From Candidatus Parvarchaeota archaeon (GTDB taxonomy: Archaea > Nanobdellota > Nanobdellia > Parvarchaeales > Parvarchaeaceae): a stretch of 33,024 nt of DNA. The first letter of the stretch is position 1; each line of letters begins with the position of its first letter. The stretch spans positions 1 to 33,024 of the forward strand of contig JAPDMB010000002.1 of the NCBI GenBank assembly GCA_025920305.1. The letters are read 5' to 3'. The notes below the pieces were generated by a model that did not search any database, was not told where the DNA came from, and was given only the letters and a program-made list of their open reading frames with translations. Below are positions 1 through 8,735 of the stretch, piece after piece. The translations under genes were made by a program, and so were the position numbers.

Positions 1-209
1 TCTTCGAACTTTTCTTCTTTGTCTTCCCTCGTCCGGCTTTCTATATCAACAGGATGAAATGCCGGCTCTTTGATCACCTCTTTGAATGAGTCTACATTAT
101 CAAAGTAGGCCAGGATCTGCTCTATATCTTTTTTAATCTTTGTTTTCTCCGCTCCGTTTAGATTTATCCTGCTTATCTTCAGCAATCTATCGAATTCTTT
201 TTCATCCAT
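1..209 (-). CDS. gatC: Asp/Glu-tRNA amidotransferase subunit C (partial, runs off window start)
   Basis: Manual translation from ATG at 209: MDEKEFDRLLKISRINLNGAEKTKIKKDIEQILAYFDNVDSF...PAFHPVDIESRTREDKEEKF; matches the GatC pattern (A/SRI/L...IL.YF..L...REDE-like). Not in the ORF track because it is truncated. Confidence 0.85.
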   Translation of the reverse strand, partial: MDEKEFDRLLKISRINLNGAEKTKIKKDIEQILAYFDNVDSFKEVIKEPAFHPVDIESRTREDKEEKFE

Positions 210-269
210 ATAAAGGTAGACTTCACCGTCGTATTTATCTTTAAATCCTCTTGTCTGCCCATTATAAAA

Positions 270-284
270 AAAAGGCTTAAATAT
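270..284 (+). promoter_or_regulatory. BRE/TATA promoter of glnA
   Basis: AAAAGGCTTAAATAT about 29 nt upstream of ATG 313; purine run followed by TTAAATA. Confidence 0.55.
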
Positions 285-312
285 AGCTTCCTCTCATTAG
301 ATTCTCATCGTT

Positions 313-1629
313 ATGACGGCCAAGAAAGTACATATGCTCTTTACGGATCTAAAGGGTATAACCAGAGATGTAGCTTACTTTAATCGATCGGACAAAGCAC
401 CGATAGGCAAAACCGATGGCAGCTCCTCTTACGGTTTCGGTCATATAGAGGATAGCGATCTAGAATTGATACCGGATCCAGAGGTCCAATCCATAAACAT
501 AGGCGCATCTGAAGAGTATCAGATAAATTTGTCATACGTGTATAAGAATGGCAGTGCTTTAGAGCAGGACCCTAGGAGGATTGCCAAATCCTTGGAGTCT
601 TCTCTTCAGGAGGCAGGCTATAGATCCTTAGTCGCGGGGGAGCTGGAATTTTTTGTTTTTGATAATATCACCGCTTCGGTGAAGACTGTTGATGGCAAGT
701 TTCAGCATAGAGTAGAGATTGATTCTATAGAGTTCAAAGATGATGGGAGGTATCAGAATAAGAACAGCTATATGTTGCCTCTTAATGGGATGATCGATAA
801 GCTTACCGCGATAGTAAGCGAACTCTGGCCGAATATAGATGTGGAGGTGCTGCACCATGAGGTCGCATCATCTCAGTATGAGCTAAATGTTAGGCCAAAA
901 TCAGTTAAGGAAGCTGCAGACTGCATCATACTGTCTAAGTATCTGCTTAGAAAAGAGCTGGCTGGCATCGGTAGAGTTCCTATTTTCATTCCTAAGCCCA
1001 TCCCGTATGATAATGGCTCTGGACTGCATACGAATATCAGCCTATGGCGGGATGACAGGAACTTGTTTTACGATGAAAATGACAGTTATGCGAAACTAAG
1101 CCAAACAGGGAGATACTTTATCGGGGGAATATTAGAACACGGCAGAAGCTTGTCAGCTATCGTTTCGCCAACCGTTAACAGCTACAGGAGACTGATACCT
1201 GGATTTGAAGCACCGGTTAACCTCGTGTGGGGCAGATCAAACCGCAGCGCTGCGTTGCGTGTGCCGTTCAGCAAAGGGCAGGAAAAGGAGAGGATAGAGT
1301 ACAGGCCTCCTGACCCTTCTAGCAATCCCTACCTTGCCTTTACAGCGGTCATCGCAGCCGGTCTGGATGGGATTATAAAGAAGATAAGCCCAGGCGATCC
1401 GGAGGACAGGGACGTGTATAAATTAAGCCCTGATGAGAGGAAAGGCATTAAAACTATACCTGGTAGTTTAACTGAGGCTTTGGATGAACTTGAAACCGAC
1501 AATGAATTTCTGTCCCCTTATTTTGGTAGATCTACGATTTCAAATTACATCGATATAAAGAGGAAGGAGGTAGAGCGGGCGGCTCCCGTCGCAAGCGCGG
1601 TGGAAGTCTTAGATGCGATGAACATTTGA
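313..1629 (+). CDS. glnA: Glutamine synthetase type I
   Basis: FTDLKG, DGSS, ELEFFVF, HHEVA..QYE, PKP..DNGSGLHTN, SPTVNSYRRLIPGFEAP, NRSAALRVP and RIEYRPPDPSSNPYLA motifs. Confidence 0.97.
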   Translation: MTAKKVHMLFTDLKGITRDVAYFNRSDKAPIGKTDGSSSYGFGHIEDSDLELIPDPEVQSINIGASEEYQINLSYVYKNGSALEQDPRRIAKSLESSLQEAGYRSLVAGELEFFVFDNITASVKTVDGKFQHRVEIDSIEFKDDGRYQNKNSYMLPLNGMIDKLTAIVSELWPNIDVEVLHHEVASSQYELNVRPKSVKEAADCIILSKYLLRKELAGIGRVPIFIPKPIPYDNGSGLHTNISLWRDDRNLFYDENDSYAKLSQTGRYFIGGILEHGRSLSAIVSPTVNSYRRLIPGFEAPVNLVWGRSNRSAALRVPFSKGQEKERIEYRPPDPSSNPYLAFTAVIAAGLDGIIKKISPGDPEDRDVYKLSPDERKGIKTIPGSLTEALDELETDNEFLSPYFGRSTISNYIDIKRKEVERAAPVASAVEVLDAMNI

Positions 1630-1696
1630 AGTTATATCTATCCTCCTGTAAACTCTAAGGACCAAGCGCCTTTGGCCTGCGGGATGGGCCAGTTCG

Positions 1697-3052
1697 CTAT
1701 CTCTTATCTATAAGCCACTTGCTCTTGCCCCTGTCCGTATAGAATGGGACGCCTTTCTTGTCCAAAAGTTCCACATCCAAAATGCATAGACCTTTTTCTA
1801 AAGAATAGGCTATCTCCATCTGCTCTGCAGAAAGTTGACTTCGGATCGCCTTCAGTAACATATCTTTATCGCCTTCAAATCTATTCTTATCGATGTAAAA
1901 TGTGAGTTTATCTAGTCCTTTCTCGCTTGTTATAATAGAATAGCCTTCTCCAGTTTTGAAGTTATTTATCAGGTATGCGACCGTGTTGGCTATTATAGGT
2001 TCTATTAATTTTCCGGCGCCAAACCTTTTAATTCCGTCAGATCTGCCGATATAATAGCCAAAGAAACTATCGTCTTCCGCTGTGCTTGAGACCGCTACTA
2101 CATCTTTTGTGTTGTAGTTTATCAGCGGTACGTATTCTGCTCCTGGTCTAGCTTTTGTGGTTATTACGACGTCTCCTGTTTTTCCTATTGCTTCTGCCGG
2201 TGTCAATAGTTCTTTTACTCCATCAGATTCTGACATTATCATAAATTTATTGTTATATCCTATGAATTTGAAAGGCTTGTTTATTGGTCTATCTCCTTCT
2301 AATTCATCCTTTTCATAAACTCTGTAAGCAGCAACGCCCTCCGAACTTGCTATCAAATCTGTTGATGAATTTGTAGGCAGAAGATTGTACAATAATTTCG
2401 CCCTCTCGAAGGGCAGACTTTCCCCTCCCGTCAACATGTGCAATTTCAGCCTGCTTATGGCGGATTTCAGATAATTACTATCCTCCTCCTTCATGGCGTA
2501 TATCTCTCTGAATAGCGCAGATGGGAAACCTGCTATCCATATATTTTTATCCCCACTTCGATCTATGTCTTCGATCGTTCTAAGTACATCAGCTAGCGTT
2601 TGCCCGGGCCCTTGGCTGAATTCTATAGATTTTGCTTCCTTGGAGATGTAGCTCATTAAATTCCCGCTTATAGCCGGTATCGGGGGAAGCTTAGTTATAT
2701 CGATATCCATCCCATCAGGCATAACCTGGTGTACTATATTGTCTACGAAACCTATGGAAAAATCTATATTTTGATCATAAGTTCTGGGAATGATCTTAGG
2801 CTTTCCAGTCGAACCTGAGGACATGTAGACTGTTATTGGGGTTTTGGCCGCTGGAAGTAGTTTTTGATATCCTCTCTGGAATATCTCTCCATCTATTACA
2901 GGGAGGGACTTTAGAATGTTGTCCAGGTTTTCACCAGCTTCAACTGCTTTAGCTGCTTCGGTATACGGCGGTTTAGAGTAGAATGCGATGTTCTTCACAG
3001 CATATTTTATTGTTTCGTATCCATTTGGTTTTTCCATAAAACTTTCAGTCAT
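1697..3052 (-). CDS. PaaK / coenzyme F390 synthetase-like AMP-forming ligase (ANL superfamily)
   Basis: P-loop-like SSGSTGKPK, GGESL, PLINYNTKDV (PLIRYRTGD-like), IGRSD, C-terminal GKSKWLIDKR (PaaK GKAKRVID). Start set at ATG 3052, which overlaps the upstream TAA (TAATG); ORF track extends to 3082. Confidence 0.8.
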   Translation of the reverse strand: MTESFMEKPNGYETIKYAVKNIAFYSKPPYTEAAKAVEAGENLDNILKSLPVIDGEIFQRGYQKLLPAAKTPITVYMSSGSTGKPKIIPRTYDQNIDFSIGFVDNIVHQVMPDGMDIDITKLPPIPAISGNLMSYISKEAKSIEFSQGPGQTLADVLRTIEDIDRSGDKNIWIAGFPSALFREIYAMKEEDSNYLKSAISRLKLHMLTGGESLPFERAKLLYNLLPTNSSTDLIASSEGVAAYRVYEKDELEGDRPINKPFKFIGYNNKFMIMSESDGVKELLTPAEAIGKTGDVVITTKARPGAEYVPLINYNTKDVVAVSSTAEDDSFFGYYIGRSDGIKRFGAGKLIEPIIANTVAYLINNFKTGEGYSIITSEKGLDKLTFYIDKNRFEGDKDMLLKAIRSQLSAEQMEIAYSLEKGLCILDVELLDKKGVPFYTDRGKSKWLIDKR

Positions 3053-3579
3053 TATCGATCCTCCGTTGTCAGAAATTTGCACATATTATTTCCCGCGGCT
3101 ACGCATTCTATTTCACTCGTGTTAAATTTCTTCTCAAATATGGTCTCTAATAGCTCATTTATCAGTCCAAAGGTGAAATAGCATGCAGGTTCTTTTGAAA
3201 GCCCAAACAATTTCACATAAGTCTCTGCCAATACAGACGGGGAAATGCTCGTAATTATCTGCGCTTTTTCAACGTCAATTTTGATCTTGCCTATCCCAAC
3301 CAAAGGCGTTATGCTTGACAGGAAACTCATCATCTTATTTGGATCGTTGAATCTTGCTTTGTAATCCTTCGCTATGCTAGTTCCAAGCTGTTTACCTAAT
3401 TTTATAACCAAGTCCTTGTTGTAATCGGCTAGATATTTTGAAAAAGACACGATGAATTCGGCATTCATCATTATCCCTGGTCTACCAAGTAGTAACAGCC
3501 GATTATCCTCCACCTTCACATTTTTGCTTAGGATCAAATTCTGCAGGTATTGTTCAGCCTCTAAGTCAGAGTTATCCAT
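3052..3579 (-). CDS. V4R (4-vinyl reductase) domain small-molecule-binding protein
   Basis: RLLLLGRPGIMM N-terminus, GKQLG, GIGKI, and C-x-F-x-x-G...E-x-x-C-x-A-x-G-x-x-x-C-x-F (PACYFTFG...EIECVAAGNNMCKF). Confidence 0.85.
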   Translation of the reverse strand: MDNSDLEAEQYLQNLILSKNVKVEDNRLLLLGRPGIMMNAEFIVSFSKYLADYNKDLVIKLGKQLGTSIAKDYKARFNDPNKMMSFLSSITPLVGIGKIKIDVEKAQIITSISPSVLAETYVKLFGLSKEPACYFTFGLINELLETIFEKKFNTSEIECVAAGNNMCKFLTTEDR

Positions 3580-3582
3580 ACT

Positions 3583-4251
3583 CTACTTTAGGTATATCCC
3601 TCCCTTGTCTATCTTCATAGGTATCACGCTTCTCTCATTGTTCGTCCTCCTCATCTTTATTATCTGCATGCTTCTATCGTACTCTCCGCCTAGGCCGGTG
3701 TAGTAAAGTTTGATCACCGCATCGGAGAGGTATTCTCCGCTGAAAAACATTATCTCATTCTCTCCGGTCCCTTGGGACTGCTCGTCTGTCATTATGGTTG
3801 TGACCCCCAGCTCCTTCAGGCTGCTTACTAAATCCAGAAGAAACCGCCTGAATTTTGAATTATTCTCAAAGTACATAGATATTGTAGACAGCGAATCTAT
3901 CACCAGTCTCTTTATATTATTTGTCTTTATAGAGTCGATTATAGGCAGATATTCAAAGTCGATCGGGGATGCGGAAATGATGTTCAGCTTATTTTGTTTT
4001 ATAAGCTCATATGGGTCCAAGCCTATCGCTTCCATATCCCTTATTATATCCTCTTTAGACTCCTCAAAAGAGTAATATAGAACATTCTCCCCGTTCTTCG
4101 CTCCGTAATGGAGGAACTGCATCCCCATTATCGATTTTCCTGCGCCGGGGCCGCCGAGCACCGTTATCACGCTGCCTTTTTCGAAGCCACCTTCTATCTT
4201 CTCATCTAATCCAGGTATACCTGTCTTTATTCTCTCTAAAGCCATACTCAT
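3583..4251 (-). CDS. Single-domain KaiC/RAD55-like RecA-superfamily ATPase
   Basis: TGIPGLDEKIEGG, Walker A GGPGAGKS, SFEES, Walker B RLVIDSL, DAVIKL, IIKMRRT. Confidence 0.93.
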   Translation of the reverse strand: MSMALERIKTGIPGLDEKIEGGFEKGSVITVLGGPGAGKSIMGMQFLHYGAKNGENVLYYSFEESKEDIIRDMEAIGLDPYELIKQNKLNIISASPIDFEYLPIIDSIKTNNIKRLVIDSLSTISMYFENNSKFRRFLLDLVSSLKELGVTTIMTDEQSQGTGENEIMFFSGEYLSDAVIKLYYTGLGGEYDRSMQIIKMRRTNNERSVIPMKIDKGGIYLK

Positions 4252-5354
4252 CTCGATGGATCCGCTAATCCATCTACACCTTTGAATAATTCATCAGATT
4301 TAACCTTTTTGCCATAGTCCTCTGGGTGTATGAGCAGTAGTTCCGGCTGCGCGACTATCAGACGTGATCTTCCGCTCTGCCCATAACCTATCGCTTCGTC
4401 GAAACTGTAGATTGTAAACGGGTAGGGTGGGAAGTACTCTATTGAGTCGCCATTAACTTTACCGATCGAAGATTTCCCAGCGAAATGCCCATACATAGGT
4501 AGGAACTTGGTCCCTTTTCTGCCAAACTCATCTTCTAGTTTTTTAATCTCACCAGCATTTATTCCAACCCCGGATAACTTGATTAGATCTATATTTTCAA
4601 TGAATTTCTTTGGTAGACTATACACTACCTGCGGCGTTCCAGTCATCATCCCGACATTGCCTTCTGCAAGATATTCTGAAGTTTTTTTCATGACCGGACC
4701 TATAATCCTCTCCACCTCTTCATTTGATTTGTTCTTCAACCCTTTTGTACTGAAGGACAGGTCCACATACTCCATATCAAGTATGTCAGCTAGCTCCTTA
4801 TGTTCCCTTTGATACGCCCCGCCCGGGCCTAGGCAAAGCAGCTTCTTGTTAGTAAGTCTCTCATACGGAACGCGATCAAGTATCCCGACAAGCTCGTCCA
4901 AAGCTGAAAATACCAGAGGGGATATGCCATGATAGACTGTCTTAGGGGCTCCGGTCGTTCCAGATGAATCGCTCCTATAGAGATCAGATATTGATATATC
5001 CCTCGGTTTGTAGAATCTTTCGTATCCGCCCTCCTCTGCAAGTTTCCCATAATCGGCATCCCCTAATATCTGCACGATCTCGTCCAGGCTTTTTGCGTCA
5101 TCTATATCTCTCTTCTTTATGCCCCTAGAATTTGCCCTTTCAATCCAAAATTCGGATCCATCATCCGGCGATATGTGCTTTTTGACGATGAGCTTTACCC
5201 ACATTAGATTGAATTTGTCCCAACTTAATCTGCCGTTAGAGACATCCCCTAAGTGGGCAAATGTTCGGCGTATCTCTGTATCGTTTAAGGTTTTATCGAT
5301 ATCTATTAATCCTGACCAGGAAGTCCCCACAGCTATATTGTAATCTAGTCTCAT
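4248..5354 (-). CDS. Atypical, C-terminally truncated ANL adenylating enzyme (EhpF-like)
   Basis: SDSSGTTGAPK ANL P-loop; N-terminal HISPDDGSEFWIERA resembles my recollection of the HFSPxTGSPFWLxRA signature of EhpF-family proteins; MYG motif; only 368 aa with no C-terminal lid domain. Confidence 0.65.
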   Translation of the reverse strand: MRLDYNIAVGTSWSGLIDIDKTLNDTEIRRTFAHLGDVSNGRLSWDKFNLMWVKLIVKKHISPDDGSEFWIERANSRGIKKRDIDDAKSLDEIVQILGDADYGKLAEEGGYERFYKPRDISISDLYRSDSSGTTGAPKTVYHGISPLVFSALDELVGILDRVPYERLTNKKLLCLGPGGAYQREHKELADILDMEYVDLSFSTKGLKNKSNEEVERIIGPVMKKTSEYLAEGNVGMMTGTPQVVYSLPKKFIENIDLIKLSGVGINAGEIKKLEDEFGRKGTKFLPMYGHFAGKSSIGKVNGDSIEYFPPYPFTIYSFDEAIGYGQSGRSRLIVAQPELLLIHPEDYGKKVKSDELFKGVDGLADPSR

Positions 5355-5376
5355 GACTGATTTAATGGATTGATAT

Positions 5377-5392
5377 AGTATAAATATGTTTC
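5377..5392 (-). promoter_or_regulatory. BRE/TATA promoter of the 4-gene ligase-KaiC-V4R operon
   Basis: Minus strand GAAACATATTTATACT, with TTTATA (5379-5384) about 24 nt before ATG 5354. Confidence 0.55.
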
Positions 5393-5488
5393 TATTTTAA
5401 AGTGATAGTGAATGCAAGCCACAAAGATGAGAGATGGCAGAGAAAGTTTGGAAAACTGATTTAAATGCGTTTGACTACTTATTATTTT

Positions 5489-6820
5489 ATGGATTATAAT
5501 GTCTTATTCGTGCTGTGTGATACCCTCAGAAGGGATATAATTAATTTGTATGGCGGCCCCGTGAGGATGCAAAACCTATCGAATTTGGCTAGAGACGGGG
5601 TAGTCTACAATGATGCTATATCACCCTCTCCATGGACCATCCCTGCCCACGTATCGTTTTTCAGCGGGATGTACTTGAATGAACACGGTATACATGAGAC
5701 GCAAAAGTTGAGGACATGGCATGTGACGAATAACAATAAATCAATTAAGGACAGGCTGATATCCGGAATTCTATCTAGGAGAGGATATAACACGTTAGGC
5801 ATATCTACGAACCTTTTAGTTTCTACTATCACAGGCTTAGATGCAGGCTTCAATACCTTCTTTAACTTGGATACGGTACCGACAAGGTACCAGCTAAGGC
5901 AGGATAAAGATCTGATAAAGATGGTAAGGAGCGGCTACAGCAATAGCGAGATAGCTGTCTCCTTGCTGAAAAAGATGAAGATAAACACCCTGTTCAAATA
6001 TGGACTCGCATATCTTAAGACTAGGAGCACTGAGAAGGCGCTTAACTTCCCGTTCGATAAAGGAGCTTCTGCAGTCAATATGATACTGTCTAGCTCGAAT
6101 TGGAATGAGCCTTTCTTTAGGTTCATAAACCTCATGGAGGTGCATGAGCCGTACAGGCATTCATCATATAGAGGACCTCAGGAGAATTTCAAATCTGAAA
6201 GAAATAAGAGGAGAGAGATGTCAAGGGTTAAGACCGAGTATATGAAAGAAGCGGAATATCTGGACCTGATGCTTGGGAAGATCCTCCTGACTCTGAAGAA
6301 GCAGGGCGTTTATGATGACACTATGGTTATAGTGACGTCCGATCATGGCCAAGCGTTCAATGAGCACGGCTACATAGACCACGGTGTATATCTTTACGAT
6401 GAGCTCGTAAGGGTACCCATGGTCATCAAATATCCAAAGAATAGAAAATTCGAAAGGAAGAAAGGCTATCAGAGTTTAGTGAATTTACCGAAGGTGATAG
6501 TAAGCGCAACAGAGGGCGGGGATGACAGCGATCTGACGACAGAATCGGCTTTCTCAGAGTCGTACGGTTTGAATGTTCCAATCTCCGGCAGGGATCTCAA
6601 GAACAACAGGCCATTGGTAAATTTATACGAAAGACCTAGGAAGGCGGTCTTTGAAGGTGGATTCAAACTTACGATTGAAGGCAAGACCGGTAGGATAGAG
6701 GAGTTCATGAAAGACGGAAAGGATGTGTCGAATGACATCAAGTATTCAAAGGTTAGGAAAGAGCTTATAGATAAAATTGACATCTTCAAAGGACAGGAGA
6801 AATTTTTGTTGCCTGAATGA
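5489..6820 (+). CDS. Sulfatase-like hydrolase/transferase (alkaline phosphatase superfamily)
   Basis: CDTLRRD, SPSPWTIPAHVSFFSG, NLMEVHEPY, TSDHGQAFNEHG, LYDELVRVP. ATG 5489 chosen because TTTAAATG (5460-5467) lies 21 nt upstream; ORF track starts at 5465. Confidence 0.88.
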   Translation: MDYNVLFVLCDTLRRDIINLYGGPVRMQNLSNLARDGVVYNDAISPSPWTIPAHVSFFSGMYLNEHGIHETQKLRTWHVTNNNKSIKDRLISGILSRRGYNTLGISTNLLVSTITGLDAGFNTFFNLDTVPTRYQLRQDKDLIKMVRSGYSNSEIAVSLLKKMKINTLFKYGLAYLKTRSTEKALNFPFDKGASAVNMILSSSNWNEPFFRFINLMEVHEPYRHSSYRGPQENFKSERNKRREMSRVKTEYMKEAEYLDLMLGKILLTLKKQGVYDDTMVIVTSDHGQAFNEHGYIDHGVYLYDELVRVPMVIKYPKNRKFERKKGYQSLVNLPKVIVSATEGGDDSDLTTESAFSESYGLNVPISGRDLKNNRPLVNLYERPRKAVFEGGFKLTIEGKTGRIEEFMKDGKDVSNDIKYSKVRKELIDKIDIFKGQEKFLLPE

Positions 6821-7512
6821 AAACTAAGTTTTTTGTCGGTACATCTGGTTGGGCCTACAGCTGGAATAAGGGAGGCAGTCTAGATTGGTATGTATCGGAC
6901 TCCGGGCTGAACGCAGTTGAGCTCAACGCCAGCTTCTACAGGTTCCCCTTCCCCAACCAGATCGCAGGCTGGAGCAGGAAAGGCAGAGGACTGTCCTGGT
7001 CGATAAAAGTGAACAAAAGCATAACGCACATGTACAAGTTTAGCGATGATGCGGTTCAAATGCTTAGGAGATTCATAGCTGCCTTCAAAGTCATGGATAA
7101 GCTGATAGATAACTACCTGTTTCAGCTTCCGCCCTCTATGAAGGTTGATAATTTAGATAGAATAATCAGCTTCATAGAGGAGAGCAGGCCTAAGCTTAAT
7201 GCGGTGTTGGAGCCCAGGGACGTCTCATGGTTCAATGAGGAGGTCTACTCTACCCTTAGAGGGGCTGGGCTGGCTCTATGCAGCATTGATTCTCCGATCG
7301 GCTCTTTCATCGTCAAAACCACAGATAGGGTATATCTTAGGCTTCACGGTAGGAAGACGTGGTACAGGTACAATTACTCAAGAGGAGAACTGTCGGAGAT
7401 AATTGACAGGGTATTGGAATCAAAGCCGAGGGAAGCCTTCATATTTTTCAATAACGATGAAAATATGCTCAAAAATGCGGTTGAAACTTTGAAGATCATC
7501 GGTGAATTATGA
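6817..7512 (+). CDS. DUF72 (YecE/UPF0759) family protein
   Basis: VGTSGWAY, VELNASFYRFP, LFQLPPS, LEPRDVSW, YLRLHGR, FFNND; ATGA overlap with upstream gene. Confidence 0.92.
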   Translation: MKTKFFVGTSGWAYSWNKGGSLDWYVSDSGLNAVELNASFYRFPFPNQIAGWSRKGRGLSWSIKVNKSITHMYKFSDDAVQMLRRFIAAFKVMDKLIDNYLFQLPPSMKVDNLDRIISFIEESRPKLNAVLEPRDVSWFNEEVYSTLRGAGLALCSIDSPIGSFIVKTTDRVYLRLHGRKTWYRYNYSRGELSEIIDRVLESKPREAFIFFNNDENMLKNAVETLKIIGEL

Positions 7513-7967
7513 GAGACGAGAAATATCTTGAAGAATTTATCAAGGAGAAAAAAATAGACGCTGAGGTGATAAAGACCGATGGTGATTCCGGATCATCCGC
7601 CTCAGCTGCTGAAACATTGGGTATAGCCGTCGAGAATATAGCAAAGACTATCTGCATCGTTGCGGATGGGGAGTTCATGAGCGTAGTCCTCCAGGGGGAC
7701 AAGAGGATAAATCTAGAAAGATTGAGGCATGTGCTTGGAAAAAATAAGATTAGACTGGCCCACGATGAGGAGATAATAAAATACACTGGCTTTGAAAAAG
7801 GAGGGGTACCTCCTGTATCCTACATTGGTAAGTTCATAGTCGATTCTAATCTGAATCCGGATCAAGAGGTTTTCTGTGGCGGCGGTTCCAAGAACAGCGT
7901 GCTTAGGATAAAGGTTAATGATATAATAAATCTGAATAAGCCTATGATATTAAATGTATCCGATTAA
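7509..7967 (+). CDS. ybaK: YbaK/EbsC-family aminoacyl-tRNA deacylase
   Basis: AAETLG...IAKT, TGFEKGGVPP, CGGG motifs. Confidence 0.88.
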   Translation: MRDEKYLEEFIKEKKIDAEVIKTDGDSGSSASAAETLGIAVENIAKTICIVADGEFMSVVLQGDKRINLERLRHVLGKNKIRLAHDEEIIKYTGFEKGGVPPVSYIGKFIVDSNLNPDQEVFCGGGSKNSVLRIKVNDIINLNKPMILNVSD

Positions 7968-7977
7968 GATGTGGATA

Positions 7978-8733
7978 TTATTTAATGATACTTTCCTTAA
8001 CAGCTTCCGCTTCTTCCATTAATAGATCCAGCGCTTCGTCCACTATCTGCTTTAAAGAAAGTTGTCCCCAGCTTTCTATCTCAAAGACTATTTTTTTATT
8101 ATCGGATGAGACTCTTATGATATCCTTTCCCGCGAAATCTTCGCAGGCTCCGCATAGGATGCATCTGCTTAGTTGCCCCTTTTTCACCGATAGTTTTCCG
8201 TCTTCGGCTTCCAAGATATTTACTGGGCATTTCTCCGCAATCTGAGAGGCGTTCTTCACGTTCTCTTTCGTTATATCTATCTTCGGATAAAAATGGTAGA
8301 AAACATGGGCAGGTGTGAACTTAGTATGCTCATTTCCGTCTCCGAATTTTGTCTTCGCCTCCAAATCTATCGACTCTCCGAGTTTTAATGGGACTATGAC
8401 CATATCATCGTAAACTGGTACTATATCCGGGTCTGAAGACTTAAGATCTCCGGAATGCACGATCTTCGGGCCGATCTCCTTCAAAGTGAATACCACCTCC
8501 TTCTTAGATCTTTCTAGCTCCGGGATGGTCTTTATTGGTATTAATCCTAATCTGTGAGCTAGTATCTCATCATACATCGTACTGGTGTTGTTGTATATTA
8601 TCACATCATCTATAGCGATTGTTTTTACACCCGTTATTATGGCCCGTCTTAGCGCGTTTACGACCGAAAAATGCGTATCCGTTATTAGGAATTGAGCTCG
8701 ATTTTCGCCTTTGCTTATCACTTCAACTGCCAT
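7978..8733 (-). CDS. rpoD: DNA-directed RNA polymerase subunit D (Rpo3) with Fe-S domain
   Basis: VNALRRAI, DEILAHRLGLIP, HSGDL, CPVNIL...CILCGAC, IESWGQL; start at MAVEVISK (8733), 2 nt after the rps11 stop. Confidence 0.95.
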   Translation of the reverse strand: MAVEVISKGENRAQFLITDTHFSVVNALRRAIITGVKTIAIDDVIIYNNTSTMYDEILAHRLGLIPIKTIPELERSKKEVVFTLKEIGPKIVHSGDLKSSDPDIVPVYDDMVIVPLKLGESIDLEAKTKFGDGNEHTKFTPAHVFYHFYPKIDITKENVKNASQIAEKCPVNILEAEDGKLSVKKGQLSRCILCGACEDFAGKDIIRVSSDNKKIVFEIESWGQLSLKQIVDEALDLLMEEAEAVKESIIK

Positions 8734-8735
8734 AT

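Noticed and set aside
3583..4251. True circadian clock kaiC
   Set aside because: Single domain, no kaiA/kaiB nearby and no S-T phosphosites; gene symbol not assigned.
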